Below are positions 27,231-41,716 of a DNA stretch of 64,000 bases, piece by piece. Location: assembly GCA_964016885.1 (NCBI GenBank), contig OZ024741.1:79236001-79300000 (forward strand), read 5' to 3'. Source of the stretch: Eledone cirrhosa (taxonomy: Eukaryota). The number at the start of each line of letters is the position of its first letter. The stretch's first letter is position 1. The translations under genes and the position numbers were made by a program. Under the pieces are notes generated by a model. That model saw only the letters and a list, made by a program, of their open reading frames with translations. It was not told the origin of the DNA and made no database searches.

Positions 27231-27391
27231 TTATTACTCCAAGTATAACCTGCATAGAAATTACCGCGATCTCGCTGCATAACTATGGAAACATCTTGTT
27301 GAGTCAAACAAAGCCGTGCGTTAAAACTATCCACGACGCAGAGTACTCATAACCTCTAACTGGATTACCTATAACGATAACTTGTTATCCC

Positions 27392-27549
<158 letters not shown>

Positions 27550-30311
27550 CTTCTGTCATGCTGTTCTCTTTTTATGTTGTTATAACTCTAATATTGTTTT
27601 ATTTTAACTGTTCTAATTCGTTCAAAGGCCTTATTTCGTGTTGAGTAAACAAATATTTTTATAAGCATAATTAAACGATGTACAGTAATAAGAAGTGTCT
27701 ATTCTTTCGGATATTCTTTATACATGCATAGTCGTTGGGGCGCCGTATTGACATACGGCGTTTCTTGGGCATTTTAAAACCTGGTGGAGCCCATTCTTCT
27801 CCAGGTCGAAATAAAGCAGATTTCTTCCAGAAAATGATGGAGAGTGAGGGAATTGAAGTGAGAAAGATCTATAGAAAAAGCATGAAAGGCAAAGTTAACC
27901 TCGGTGATATTTGAAGTCAGAGAGCAGAGAGCCAAAACGAATACCTCAAATCACTCTATCCGACGTTTTACCAATTCACCGCCTTATATTCTTTATATTA
28001 TCGGTGAAATACATATATTTATTTTATTCTGCGTCAAACACTTATAATGAAAATCACGAAAGCATTTAACAAATGAATTTTTTTCCTTAGACATGGTTTC
28101 CTTTCGTATTCGCTTTGGCCGGCAAACCATAAAACATTTCCAATTTGGTCCACCTTCAGAACGTTTGCCGGTCCCTGTACTAAAAGATGACACAGGCGCG
28201 CTCTCTCTCTCATACACACACACACACATACATACACACACAAGAGGGAACTCGCTTATTCGATAATAACAAACGATAAAAATTAAAAACTACAACGGTA
28301 GGGGAGGAGCAATGACTATAACTTTCGCTAACTATCCGAGATTGATATATTTAGTACAGTTAGATAAGATTCAGAATTTTAGCTTTTATGAATATATCTA
28401 GTGATCTTGATGTCGGCACACATTTTAACCGCTAAAATGTGATATTGAATTGTGTTTTACGAGTTTCTAGTTCTAGTTGATGTATATATGATCCCGTAAC
28501 TGATGAGGGAGTCGTAGGGGCGCCGTATACAGCATTTCTTGGGCATTTTAAAACCTGGCGGACCCCATCGCCTCTCCAGGTCTGAATATAACAGATGTCT
28601 TTCAGAGAAGGATAGAGAGTTAGTGAAAAATGGAAGTGCGAAAGAGATATAGAGGAAGAATCGACCCCAGTACTAGACTGGCACTTTTTTTTATCGACAT
28701 TGAAAGGATGAAAGGCAAAGTTGGCCTCGGTGGGATTTGAACTCAGGGAGAAAAAAGCCGAAAAGAATATCGTGCAGTATCCAATTCACCGTATAGTTGT
28801 ATTTGATACTTTTGTGAAAAACAAAACCAAAATACATTAAGATATCAGCCCTAACATCTAATTTGTCTGTCTTCATATTATGGTGTATCTAGTTACAGAA
28901 GAAACTCCATTGAAATAAGCATGTTTTTTTTCTTTTTTGTTCTTGTTGCCGTCGTTGTTACTTCATTATTGCTCTTGTTGTTAGTGGTTTGTTGTACTTA
29001 GTTCTTAATGTTCTTTTTCTTTCTTACATTCGTTTTTTTTTTCTATTCTTACTTTCGTCTTCCGATTTTTAAAAATGTTTTTCTTCTCTCTTTTTCTGGC
29101 TTCTTTTTTCTTTTGCATTCTTTCTTTATTTTTCATCTGTTTTCTTCTCGTGTGCTTTCCTGTTTTCTACATTTTCTACTTTCTATTTCTGTTTTCTTGT
29201 TTTAAATTTCCTCTCTGTTTTAGTCATGTCTTCTTTCCTTTTCTCCTTCACCGTCAGTGTTCTTTTCCTCTCTATATTTTCTATTTATCTATTTTATTAT
29301 GATTATATTTTATATCCCTGTTTTTATTTTTTGTTCAGTGTTCTTAATCTGTTTTTCCCTGTTTCAATCAATTTCTTTCATGTTCTGTCCTTTTTCTGTT
29401 TTCTTCTGTTTTATTCATCTTTTATTTCCTTTTTCTTTTTTTTCCGTATTTAAAAAAATTTTTTTTTTTACATTTTCTGAAGTCTTTTTCTGTTTCCCCT
29501 CGTTTTCTGTTTACTTCCATTATTTTCTTCTTGTGTGATATATCTTTCTTTTTTCTTCTGTTTTCATCAGTTCTATTCTTTTTCTTATATCTTTCTTGTT
29601 TTCTTCGTCGGCTATGTTCCATTTTCTGTTTTCTTCTCCACTTCTTCCACTTATCAGTTTCTAGTTATATTTTTATGCTATTTTCCCTTTACCAGTAACC
29701 AATACTCTGAATGATTAAAGGCAAAACCGTCATTGTTACAATTTCAAATTTTATCCCTCTAATATCCTCTAACTACTTCAATTTAATGAACTGTTCCTCA
29801 TTCTTATGAAATAATTTTATTTGTATCTCATCAAATAATCATATATTATAAAATATTATTCTGCTTGTCGCGATCAGTGTTCCAATATTACACTTTTCAT
29901 AACCTTTAAATGAGGAACGAAATCGAAAACAATCATGATTTCATTGATGTAAAGCCCCAAATGATAGGAGAGATACACAATGGATACTATCCTACTAGAA
30001 TTTCAATGGTACTTTATTTTCTTAAACCCGAAAGGATTAAAATGAAAATAAACCCAAACTTATACCATTAATAACGCATCAAAAATACCTTAAGCAATCT
30101 AAATCAAGGGAGTTATAAAGTGGGTCAGTTGTATGGATTTGCTATTTTGAAGGGGCATCAAGTTACATGTCTTTCAAACTCAAGCCAGAAATGAACTTTA
30201 TAAATATGTTCCAGTCACCCTGCGCACCTAAATGTAGCAACATAGCTGAAAAGTCGAATTCACTGTAACTTTTCTCTTCGGAAAATGAATTTTACAGTCT
30301 ACTTACACATA

Positions 30312-30530
30312 TTGATTTCTGATTTAGGCACATGGCCAACAATTTTAGGGGAGGGGAAAGTCGATTAAATCGACCCCAGGGCGTTACTGGTGCTTTATTT
30401 TATCAACCCCATCAGGAAGGAAGGCAAAGCTTACCACCACGGGATTCGAACTCAGACCGTAAAGGAACGTAACTCTATGCTGCAAGGCATGGTGTCCGAT
30501 ACTCTACTGATTCTGCCAATCTTCCGCCCT
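30312..30530 (-). mobile_element. Full-length tRNA/Nin SINE with TSD
   Basis: agtctacttacacat on both sides; complete head ggcggaagattggcag. Confidence 0.9.
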
Positions 30531-30634
30531 AGTCTACTTACACATTGACTGCTCATTCAGTTAACGTTTGAACGTTTTAAGTACAATTGCATTTTAAACA
30601 CACATACACATGCGCGCGCATACACACACACTCA

Positions 30635-30688
<54 letters not shown>

Positions 30689-30816
30689 AAAGTTTTATTT
30701 AAAATTGTTGGGTTACAACGAGTAAATATTTTATAACTGATATAAAAGCACTCAACAAGTTTTGGAGTATTTTACGATATTAAACAAATGGAAACTACAT
30801 TTATAAAACCATATTT

Positions 30817-30880
30817 ATTTCATTATATATATTTCAGGGATATCATATTAAAAATATGGTATGCCCTCTTCAGACAAAAT
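30817..30880 (-). ncRNA. Type I hammerhead motif
   Basis: Reverse complement of 32943-33006; same strand as the PLE ORF. Confidence 0.75.
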
Positions 30881-32942
30881 ACAATATATAAACAGTTTTA
30901 TAAATAAATTTGACATACCTTAAAACTTTACAACTTCCATTTAAAAAGTTGTTTTGGTAGTGAAAATGTTAAGGACAGTTAGAAAGAAAGACGAAGAGAG
31001 AAAAGAAAGAAAGTGTATAGTGCTAAGGACAGTTAGAGAGGAAGACGAAGAAAATGAAGAAATGTATGTAAAGAAAAAAACAACAGAGCGAGATAGAGAG
31101 AGAGAGATATGGGAGAGAGAAATATTGAGGAGGTGAAAAATGAATAACGTACAAATGAGAGATTTAGGAGGGAAGGGGGTACTGTAATTATTTATTTATT
31201 TATTTATTTATTTAGTTATAGTGTTAAGGATACGGAGAGAAATAAAAATAAAAATTAAAATAAATAAAGAGAGGTAGAAAGAGATATAGGTGGTGGGAGA
31301 AAAGAGGTAGATCGAGTAATATCTATTATACGAGGTGGGAGAGATAGGGGAGGGGTGAGATACAGGAGGTAGAGTTAAATCAGCCGATACATAAGTCCCG
31401 TCAAGGGAGGAGGAGAAGAGATATATTCAGAAATAAAGATGATAGATTTAAAATATTATGTTTCATCAGTCTATCAATTCATATGAATTAGGTATTATAA
31501 AGTAAATATCAATATTCATGAATGAGACACATATCAATAATGTGTGAAAAAATAATGACTATATGTTTAGTTTAAAAAATTCTTAGGTTTATAATCAAAA
31601 TCTGAGATAAAACTTCAAAAAATACTGGAATACATAAGTATATATGTATTTTCATGAAAAAAGAAAAAGAAAAAAGAGAAAGAAAAAGAGAAGGTTATCT
31701 CAAATTCAAGTTGACATTATAGACACACATGTGAGTTTACGTGATCAGCTCTGTAAATTTTTATTTCACATGAAAATCTTCATTGCGTTACAAAAGATTC
31801 TACCATACATATATGTACATACATATATATACATAAAATATACATTATTAATAATAATATTCTTGCCCTCCCTTACATGATTATCGTTCAAGCATAGAAT
31901 AGACGACAGATATCAATATATTAAAAACGCCAAGAATATCTCACTCCCCAGAGTATCTAGGGCCGTAAGAAAACACAGTGTGCCCCGCATATCAACCACA
32001 GAAATCAACCCTTCCAATTTATTTGACAATATATTGCCAAGTTCATTAGAAGCAATCAGAATCAAAAGCAAACAAAACCAAAATTATTCAACAAAACTTA
32101 TTTAGCAGAAATCATTCAAAAAAAAAAAAAAAAAAAAAATTAGGATACCCAGTTGTTCTACAGATGCTCTTATATTTATTATAGAAGCTTATCTAGCTTA
32201 AAAATTCATTCAATAGATTGGGAGCATCACCATTTTAAGGTAGTTTAATTACATCATTAATTATATACTCATGAAGAAGGTTTAAAAAATTGAAGGAATC
32301 GAAAGATTTATCGCCAAGTTTCATAAATAATTAAAAATCTTAGTAAATATACTACATTTTAAATTTATATTTATATTTAAAAGTTGAGTTCAATCTATGT
32401 CTGCAGCAACTGAATAAATTGGTCCGTAAATTAAGGGAATTTTTAGATTTTAGTATAAAGAATATCTCCTCCGCGCAGAGGTCACATGTCTCAGAAGAGG
32501 AATTAAAAGGAATCCCTCTTGAGACTATATTCCAAACCATCGAATATCCAACGTTATCATGTTTAAGTTGCCAGAGTAAGCCTGATAGTGATGTTGAAGA
32601 TTTTTTGTTTGGATCCGTGAAAGAATTCTTGTGATTATTATAGCGAAGTGATTATTATAGCGAAGTTTAAATTCTGTCGGGGTGGAACCAACATAATTAA
32701 AAGAATTTAAGTCAGTTTAAATTCTGTTGTTTTTTTCTATTGTTTTTTTCTTTACATACATTTCTTCATTTTCTTCGTCTTCCTCTCTAACTGTCCTTAG
32801 CACTATACACTTTCTTTCTTTTCTCTCTTCGTCTTTCTTTCTAACTGTCCTTAACATTTTCACTACCAAAACAACTTTTTAAATGGAAGTTGTAAAGTTT
32901 TAAGGTATGTCAAATTTATTTATAAAACTGTTTATATATTGT

Positions 32943-33006
32943 ATTTTGTCTGAAGAGGGCATACCATATTTTTAATATGATATCCCTGAAATATATATAA
33001 TGAAAT
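32943..33006 (+). ncRNA. Type I hammerhead motif (in inverted pLTR)
   Basis: attttgt CTGAAGA gggcataccatatt-ttt-aatatgatatccct GAAA tatata TA atgaaat. Confidence 0.75.
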
Positions 33007-33047
33007 AAATATGGTTTTATAAATGTAGTTTCCATTTGTTTAATATC

Positions 33048-33093
<46 letters not shown>

Positions 33094-33574
33094 TCACATG
33101 TCTACATATTAAAAATATGTATATTTATATACATATTGTCGTAATCTCGGTTTTCTTTATACATATATGTATATGTGTGAGTGTGTGTTCGACATAGCTG
33201 TATACATACATGTATGTATACAGTTATGTCGAAGCTAAATTCTAATTTTATTTTAAGTTGAGCTAACTTATACAGCTTTGCATGCAAATGAGGCTTGTCG
33301 GCTATTTACGCAGGCGAAAAAACTATATATTTTCACCTATCTCAAAGTCCGGCAGGAGGAAGAGGGAAGCATTGTCCTCACAAGAACCATTTAAGTTCAA
33401 AATGCATAGACAATTATCCCCCTTGCTTCCGCTGGATTTCGCTAGACGGTGCTGGGCGTCAGCCTTCTATACATAACCGAGGCTTTCAAATGTTTATTTG
33501 TTAAACATACCTCATATCTTTAGATATACGAAATTCACACACACACACACACGCACACACGCACGCACACACAC

Positions 33575-33731
<157 letters not shown>

Positions 33732-34499
33732 CGTATGCCTGTGTGTGTGTATATATCAGCGTGCATGTTCTGAACCTAAATATCTAGTAATAAGACCAGA
33801 AATTTTATGTTTGATCAAGAAACAGTGATACGAGAATGAGGACAAATATAAAGTAACACAAACCTCAGAATGGAAGAAAGTTTAGGGGAAAATATAATAG
33901 ATGCATTAGATTAATCTAAACTATAATAAAGTAAGAAGCGCGGCATTGCGTATGGTTTATAATTTTTTATCCCCTTAGTAAAATAAATTTGATTACTTTG
34001 AATAAATAATGAATGAATATTACATAATTTGTCTACTAAATTTCGTGGCTGTTCATTAAATATATTTTATTATTTATTTAAAGATTCACTTCTTTAAAAT
34101 TTTCAAATGTCAACACTTCCGGTGGCGATCGCTTAAATAAACATTCATATACTTCCGTCACTAATTTTCTCCTAATGCAGTTTATATATAATATCGTCTT
34201 TTTTTTAATGTATCATGGATTACATTACTGATTACATAAGACAGTGTAACACAGTCTTCGTTCAATTTCTGTGTATGTTGTTAATTACGATTTTATTTGA
34301 TGTATAATATCTACATACATATATACTTGCGTAAAATATCAATATACACACTACACATAGTAGCAGAAAACCACCCGAGGGGTGGTTTTTCTGCTAGTAT
34401 TTATAATAAAACATAATAGCAAAAATAGTGTTATAGCTATCAATACTCTTGCTGTCCAAGTAATTAGTAAAATGATGACTACATCACATAAAAGAAGGA

Positions 34500-34880
34500 T
34501 GAGTTCATAGGCAATTATTCACTAGCTGAACCTGAGTCTCCTTTCTCACACATGTACACAAGGTCCGAACACAGGGGAGCCGAACTCCCACGGTCATTTC
34601 TCTCTCCCTTTCCATCTCACACTATTATGAACAATTTGGGGCCTACGCTTAGGATGCCCCACGGTCCAGGCAGACAGAATAGAGAACTCGTTTCCCTGGA
34701 GGAGGGTGAGGGAGACGCGTTGGAAGAGCCATTCCAGCTCGCAAGGCTCACACTTGGAGGTAGCCAACTTTTCACCGATGGTGGTGAGTAGGGAGGTGGG
34801 CCTAAAGCAAAGGACACCAGAAGTCTCCACAGCTATTGACTCGACTACAAACCTGTCAGAGAGAGACCGATATTTGTAAT
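34500..34880 (-). mobile_element. 3' end of CRE-like non-LTR element (REL endonuclease C-terminus)
   Basis: KYRSLSDRFVVESIAVETSGV...IGEKLA...WLFQRVSLTLLQGNEFSIL. Confidence 0.75.
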
Positions 34881-37054
34881 AATTAGTTGTATTTATATTA
34901 TTCTCTACTAGAAAGTAAAGGAATAAGTAAAACTTGACATGATACACTGCTATAAGACATCTCTTAAGTTTAGTTGTTACAAGATGTGTATCTGTGTAAT
35001 AAACAATACGTATCACGGGAACCTTTTCTTTGAGTATGGCAACAAATGCTTGATAATGACAAACTAGTTTCATTTGACTGTTTTATTCGGATTTTGAAAA
35101 GCACTTACATTTCAGGCTAAAAGGTAGCATTTATTAACATATTACCTTTACCTTAAATAAAGCGAATAAGTGTGTTAACTTTCAGAATATCTTGTCAGGT
35201 GTTATAGAACGAGCATTCATTTTCAATTGCAGAATATATTTAGAAAATAGATGTCTCTAAAACATTTTTTCTAAGCAAAAGCTAATATTTTATCATTGAA
35301 TTCTACAATTTTTTAAAGAGCTAACAATAAAACTTAAATATGTTTCTAAAATGTTTAAATGAAAAAATAAATATATAAATACAATTTAGTTAAAAAGTAA
35401 ATCTCCGTATGAATCAGAACATTTTTATACGGGCTTCTCAATTCATTAGACAGTATTTTAGAAATATATTATTTAAAAGTAAATAGCTAACACTGATGAA
35501 CAACATTTTGCTTTTTATCTGCTGACCTAAGTTTGTGCCTGACTAATTTGGGGCCGCTGAGTTCAAAAATGACAATACATATTTTCTATCACGTCAAGGT
35601 TTTATCTATGAATTGGTCCATATTGGTAATAATTTATGTTGACATTTTATTTTTTCTATGTATTTTAACATACTTTTATCTATCTGGATACACCTAGATA
35701 TATAAATATATTACATCTAATAATAATTTTCCCTCTTTTCAGATTGATTTTTAAAAAATAACACAGGTGTTCAGTAGCATGGCTTCGTTGCGAAGAAAAT
35801 GTTTGCATATGTGGTAGTTTTACAGTACCAAGTCTGAGAACGAATTAAAATAAACCGATAATTATATGACCTCTGAAAGATCAGATTTAATTAAATCTAT
35901 AATTTATAATAAAATTAAAAGATAACTATCAAAAACATTTATTATTTAGTGCTTCATCCTCAACTTCTTGCGAAGAAATAGGGATTTAAACCATGCAGAG
36001 CCCATTGCACTTAAGCTTGTTCACAGCGATTTCATCGAGGGAACAATCGAACCTAGTAATGGAATTTTTTCGGTCCGGAAAAGATGACCCTGAAAAGATT
36101 TTAACTCAGAATGCTGGAACGAATAAAACACTGTATTCTATTCGCCACCTTAATTAATTAGTAATAAAATAAATAATCAAAGAATCCTTTTATTTGTGTT
36201 TTTCCAAAAAAAAAGAGTAAAAGTTAAATGTGTTTGGAAAATGTTTACTATAATAAATGAAAAATAAATATATAAATACAATTTAATTAAAAAGTAAATT
36301 AGTGTATTGGAATAAGTAAGCAAGTGATTGGAATATTTTTCAAAATTTGTAGATTTTTAATTTAATTCTTAAAGAATTTAGATATAATTTTCAACATTCT
36401 TTGCTCTTCCTCGTGATTTACCTTGTGACTATGAATTACTTATCAAAACCTCAGGTGTGTATGCATCCTTGCTTTGGAAGCTTATATTTATTCACATCAA
36501 AATATTAAATAATATTTATATAAAGGTTTTTTAATATAACATATTTTATCAATTGATAATCAATTGATTCTCAGCTTTAAAAAGTTATGGATGACTCAAA
36601 ATATAAAAAAGATCATTTAAAAATTTTTGATAGCAAAAAAAGATAACTATTACGTCTATCATTTTATATATGAAGTATGAATGCAATAGATTCAGTAGAT
36701 TTGATTAGAAAAAAATTATTACTCTAACATTTTTACACTTCACTGATATAAATTTGTATATACAATATAGTTTTGCTCTTAGAAAGAACTTACATAAACA
36801 TAAAGAAGAAAATATATTTTCAAACAAAAAGAATTCCAAATATTGAAAATAACAAAACAAAATAATAACAAAAACAAATTAGAATACATGCAAAAAATAT
36901 CAGCAAAAGTGTTAACCAATAAAAGCATGCTGTACTCCCAACATTTAAATTTTTTCTCCATTTGGAGCGATTTATTCTTATTCCTTGAATCAATAAAAAC
37001 TAATCATATGAGAAGAGAAATGTGTATCAACAATGGGTATTTTATTTCATTATT

Positions 37055-37167
37055 CAGATCCCGCCGAGGTTGACTTTGCCTTTCATCCTTACGGGGTCGA
37101 TAAAATAAAGTACCAGTAATGCACTGGGTAATTGCTGGCCTTGTGCCTAAAGTAGAAACAATTATTT
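37055..37167 (+). mobile_element. 5'-truncated tRNA/Nin SINE
   Basis: cccgccgaggttgactttgcc...gtagaaacaatt. Confidence 0.85.
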
Positions 37168-37499
37168 TATGTATACTTGGCTTTGTACCTAAATTAGAAA
37201 CCATTATTTTATATACTGTTTATTTTTAAAATGTTAGCTTTCAACTGCCAAAGTTCTATGAAATCCTATTCTGATCACCAAGAACAGTCCTATAGACTAT
37301 TTAAGAAACTCTTGCTTGTCATGCAATTATATCGGTTCTATTTAAAGATTATACGATGTTTAGATTTAAAAAGTATATATTTTAGTGTTTCCTCTTATTT
37401 TATCTGAAACAAAAGTGTGTCACGATACTCAACATATTGGAAAGCTCGGTACTGTAATATCTCTCAACTCATGACTTCTGTGTCACGATACTCAACATA

Positions 37500-38040
37500 T
37501 TGGGAAGCGCGGTATTGCAATATCTCTCAACTATTGACTTCGTCGGAATTTTGTTGAACTTTCTTTAGATTGGACACATTTTCTTGAGTGGCACACACCT
37601 TTCAAAGCCAGTCGAGTATCAGTTCATGATGCTGAGTGTTCAGGGCGACTAATCACCGGCAAAATGTTAAATGTGGGAAATATTCGTGCATTCATTCACG
37701 AGGACTGTCATTAAAGAATCTGTCAGCACTTTTACACGATTGGAATCAGTTGTGGAAAATATTCAGGGAAAACTGAACATGTATCACGCAGTTTCGACAA
37801 AGAAAAAAACTACGGTCGTTCCGTATCTTTGCTACTCACCTGACATTTCCCAAATGAAATTGCTGTTGAGGGGATGCTGCTTTATGACTGAATATAATTC
37901 AAACAGTATCACAGGCAGTATTAAAAGGCCTTTGGGAGGAAGACTCTTGTGATGCTTTTGATGCGTAGAAGATACGCTGGGGTTGCTGTGTACGTTCCCA
38001 AGGGAACTATTTCGAAATGCATGGTATCCGCTTATACATA
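37500..38040 (+). mobile_element. Decayed Tc1/mariner transposase remnant
   Basis: TVVPYLCYSPDIS..MKLLLRGCCF resembles the mariner PHPPYSPDLAP...KxxLRG.RF motif. Confidence 0.55.
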
Positions 38041-38830
38041 GAAATACAATATTTAGAGGAGTACATTTTACGGCATTGTTTGGCACCCTTCTGACAGCTA
38101 GTGTGTATATATGTAGATGTGTGTGTGTGCGTGTGTGTATCTGTGCGTCAGTGTATATGTGTATGCACTAATGACCATAGTATTACACCTAGAAAGTGTC
38201 CTTCTGAGACACAAGCCTCAGTAAGGTTTGTTTGTGGAAGACCAGCAGTCACCCATGCATGCCAGTTTCCCCTTTCCACGCCACTTACGTTGTCCAATGG
38301 AAATATATATATATATATATGCTAAAACCCGGGAAATGTCCTTCCTCGTTTTGAGAAAAGACATGTGACCTCACTGCCAAATTTACTACTACAGTCGAAT
38401 AGCTGTGTTGTCTCAAGACCCGATGAAAGTGGATACTTGGAACGAAAAACCTGTCGACGAAGGGATATCCCCGTTCCATCTAGGATACATTGATGACTTG
38501 CAAATACATTACGCAACTTGGAGTGTAACTTCCGTATTACCAGAAACCTATCGAAGATATTTATCGTTTAATATATATCGATCAGGTGCAGGTTCGTCTT
38601 TAACATGTCTGTATTTTTCATTGTTGTAGTATTAATGTGGCAACATGCTTCTGGGCGCATTATTCATTGTGTCACTATTACCTAACTTCTTGTGTTCACT
38701 CTGAGGAGAAATTTATTAATTACTCTATTATCGAGTGCTTTGTGACAGTCTTCAATGATCAATCGGATGCGAATCTGCTACATGCAGCTGCAACTTCGTT
38801 TATACTTATTATTATATATATATATATATA

Positions 38831-38875
<45 letters not shown>

Positions 38876-39565
38876 AGTCGGGTAAGATCGATACAATTCA
38901 AAATGTCTAAGAACTGTGACGTGGCAGTGGTCAAGTCAGAAAGAATGTGATTGGTTACTTACGGCGAGTGGGCTGGTTGCTAGAAAGCGCAGCCCAATAT
39001 TGCCCAAATTGCATCTCAACCTTATGGGAGATTATTAAATATAAAGATTTACATATACACAAACTAGACAAAGTCACAGATATATATGTTTTGGCAACCA
39101 TTCACGATGTGACTCAATGATGAATTAATAAATTAAATAATCAGAGCAATATACTATAAAGTATGTCCATAGAATCATTTGATAAGATATATACACCATT
39201 TCCTCTCCCAATTAGCATAATTAACCACACAAAAAAATCAATTAGACCAGGCTATAAGATTAAAAGGCACCTATGAAGAAATAGTAGATAAATAAACTAC
39301 AGCAATCTCTTCGCGACCAACCGCCATAGAATATTTACCCAACATTTCAACAGCACGTGGAAATCGATTAAATATACCGTCAACCATACGCAATTAGGTA
39401 TAAAATTAAAGTTAGAAGAAAAAAATACATATACACATACCAGGATCACGTTTCGCTTTCGGAAATATCCTATTAAGGATAAAATCTAGAGCTTCGAACT
39501 CGTCAGGAAACAAACTCATTTGGACAAAGGATTTTCTTAAGTGATCTCCACCAGAAACGAATTCA

Positions 39566-39608
<43 letters not shown>

Positions 39609-40576
39609 GCTACCACTCAATTTACGCCTACTATGATTTCATTCGAAAGTTATTGCTGGACATTAGCCTCTTAAGATGCCGCACAGTGGAATCGAACTAC
39701 AAACACGTGGTTGCATAGTGTATTTCATTAACTATATGATTAAGTTTTAGAATCTTTATTTATTTATGTTTTACTAGATATCATCATGACCATGATCATA
39801 ATTATCATCATCATCATCTTCATCATCATCAGGTATCATCTGTTCTCAACAGGTTAAAATCCACCGATCACCATCACGGATTTTGTTTTTAGTGCTGTTC
39901 TTATATATCCACTGTATTTCAACACAGTCCAATTCTTAGTATTGTCTATAAACATAATTTTGAGTTTTCTTCCTTCTCTTTTTTCAATTCTTTTTGCTTT
40001 CTATTAATAATCTGTAAACTATTTTTTCTAATTAAATGTTCAAACCTGAGGCAATTTCATTTATAAACATTTGTTGATGTGCTTTGAATGAGGCTGTTTG
40101 GGCACAATTGTTGTATGAGTAATATTGTAGCGGAATTGTTGCATTAGTAATGTTGTGGTGGTGATATTGTGGAAGTAATGATATGGATGTAACGCTGCGA
40201 AGGTTATATTAATGTTGGAAACCTACGATCAGAGACGCTACTGCTACCAACATGCAATAGAAAATTAAAATATAGAATTAATTTGTCTGAGACTATTATT
40301 GTTTCAAGTTCGATTTGTCGAAGTCATGCTAGATTCTTGAGATGTTAATTACTTAGTTAACTAGTATTCCCTATTCAGTAATTAACGGTGTGATTATCTA
40401 GATCTAAATTTAAATAGAATAATGGTGTCAAGATGAATTAGAAATATAATTTAGTACATGGTTAGACTTGAAAAAGAATAGATTCACTTATCACTATATT
40501 CTATTAATTAATCTTAGTATAAATTTCGGGCTTGTCTCTCTTACTTTTTTTTTAATCGAAATTAATGATTGAGATA

Positions 40577-41716
40577 ATAATTGTTTCTACCTTTAGCACC
40601 AGGCCAGCAATTTTGGGAGAGGGGAAGTCGATTAAATCGACACCAGTGCGTGACTGGTACTTCATTTTATCAACCCCGTAAGGCAAAGTTAACCTCGGCG
40701 GGAATTGAACTCAGACCATAAAGGGCCGTAACTCTTTGCTGCAAAGCATGGCGTCAGACCCTCTACCGATACTGCCAATAATAATTGTTTCTACTTTAGG
40801 CACAAGGCCAGCAAATACCCAGTGCATTACTGGTACTTTATTTTATCGACCCCGTAAGGATGAAAGGCAAAGTCAACCTCGGCGGAATTTGAACTCAGAT
40901 CGTAATGGGACGTAACTATGCTGGAAAGCATGGCGTCCGACCCTCTACCGATACTGCCAATAATAATGTTTACTCATCACTATGGATGTAATTTTCATTA
41001 ATTAAAAATTCTCGGCTTACTACATTAAGTGTGTTAGTGGATGTTTTACTATATTTTCCACGTAGCAGGCTTCTCTGCATATTTAACCTCAATTATTCCT
41101 TTAATTCTGACAACCGAGTTAATGAAAACGTAGAAAACTGGATTAGATATATTTAGGTTTTATTGTTGTTGCTTTTGTTCTTTAGCTTTAGGTCAGCTTT
41201 GTGTGCGCCTGGTGTCATTTCCTTATATAAGGCAGTAGGGTGCAATTTGCTTAAGATCCGGGTACCATTTCTAAAAGATCAGTCGACCGCATACAGACTC
41301 CATCATTGACGCATTATTATAAAGTCGGTGGTGGTGGATTGGCAGTATCAGTAGAGAGTCGGACGCCATGCTTTCCAGCATAGTTACGTCCCTTTACGAT
41401 CTGAGTTCAAATCTCGCCGAGGTTGACTTTGCCTTTTATCCTTACGGGGTCGATAAAATAAAGTACCAGTAATGCACTGGGTAATTGCTGGCTTTGTGCC
41501 TAAAGTAGAAACAATTATTATATAGTCGGTGGATTGGCAGTATCGGTAGAGAGTCGGGCACCATGCTTTGCAGCAAAGAGTTACGCCCTTTTATGGTCTG
41601 AATTCAAATCCTGCCGAGGTTAACTTTGCCCTTCATCCTTACGGGGTCGATAAAATAAAGCATCAGTAATGCACTGGGAAAATTGCTGGCCTTGTGCCAA
41701 AAGTAGAAACAATTGT
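40577..41716. mobile_element. Four tRNA/Nin SINEs: two minus (40577-40778, 40780-40962) and two plus (41328-41520, 41528-41716)
   Basis: Each matches the SINE consensus; arranged head-to-head. Confidence 0.92.

Larger units (their letters stand above)
30773..33050 (-). mobile_element. 5'-truncated Penelope-like element with ~310 bp inverted terminal repeats
   Basis: YVGSTPTEFKLRY, LSGLLWQLK, CDLCAEEIFFIL...LNLRTNLFSCCRH on minus (32352-32700). 30773-31082 is the inverse of 32739-33050. Confidence 0.88.

Noticed and set aside
28500-28540. CTGATGA box (also at 35493 and 62931)
   Set aside because: No stem II or GAAA at a suitable distance.
28920-29690. Phe/Leu/Ser-rich ORFs
   Set aside because: T/C-rich low-complexity tract.
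35540-35860. Possible DNA transposon 5' remnant (MASLRRKC..ICG)
   Set aside because: Too short and decayed; no TIR or TSD identified.
40045-40200. Possible minus-strand exon (VTSISLLPQYHHHN...)
   Set aside because: Weak splice signals and no recognisable homology.
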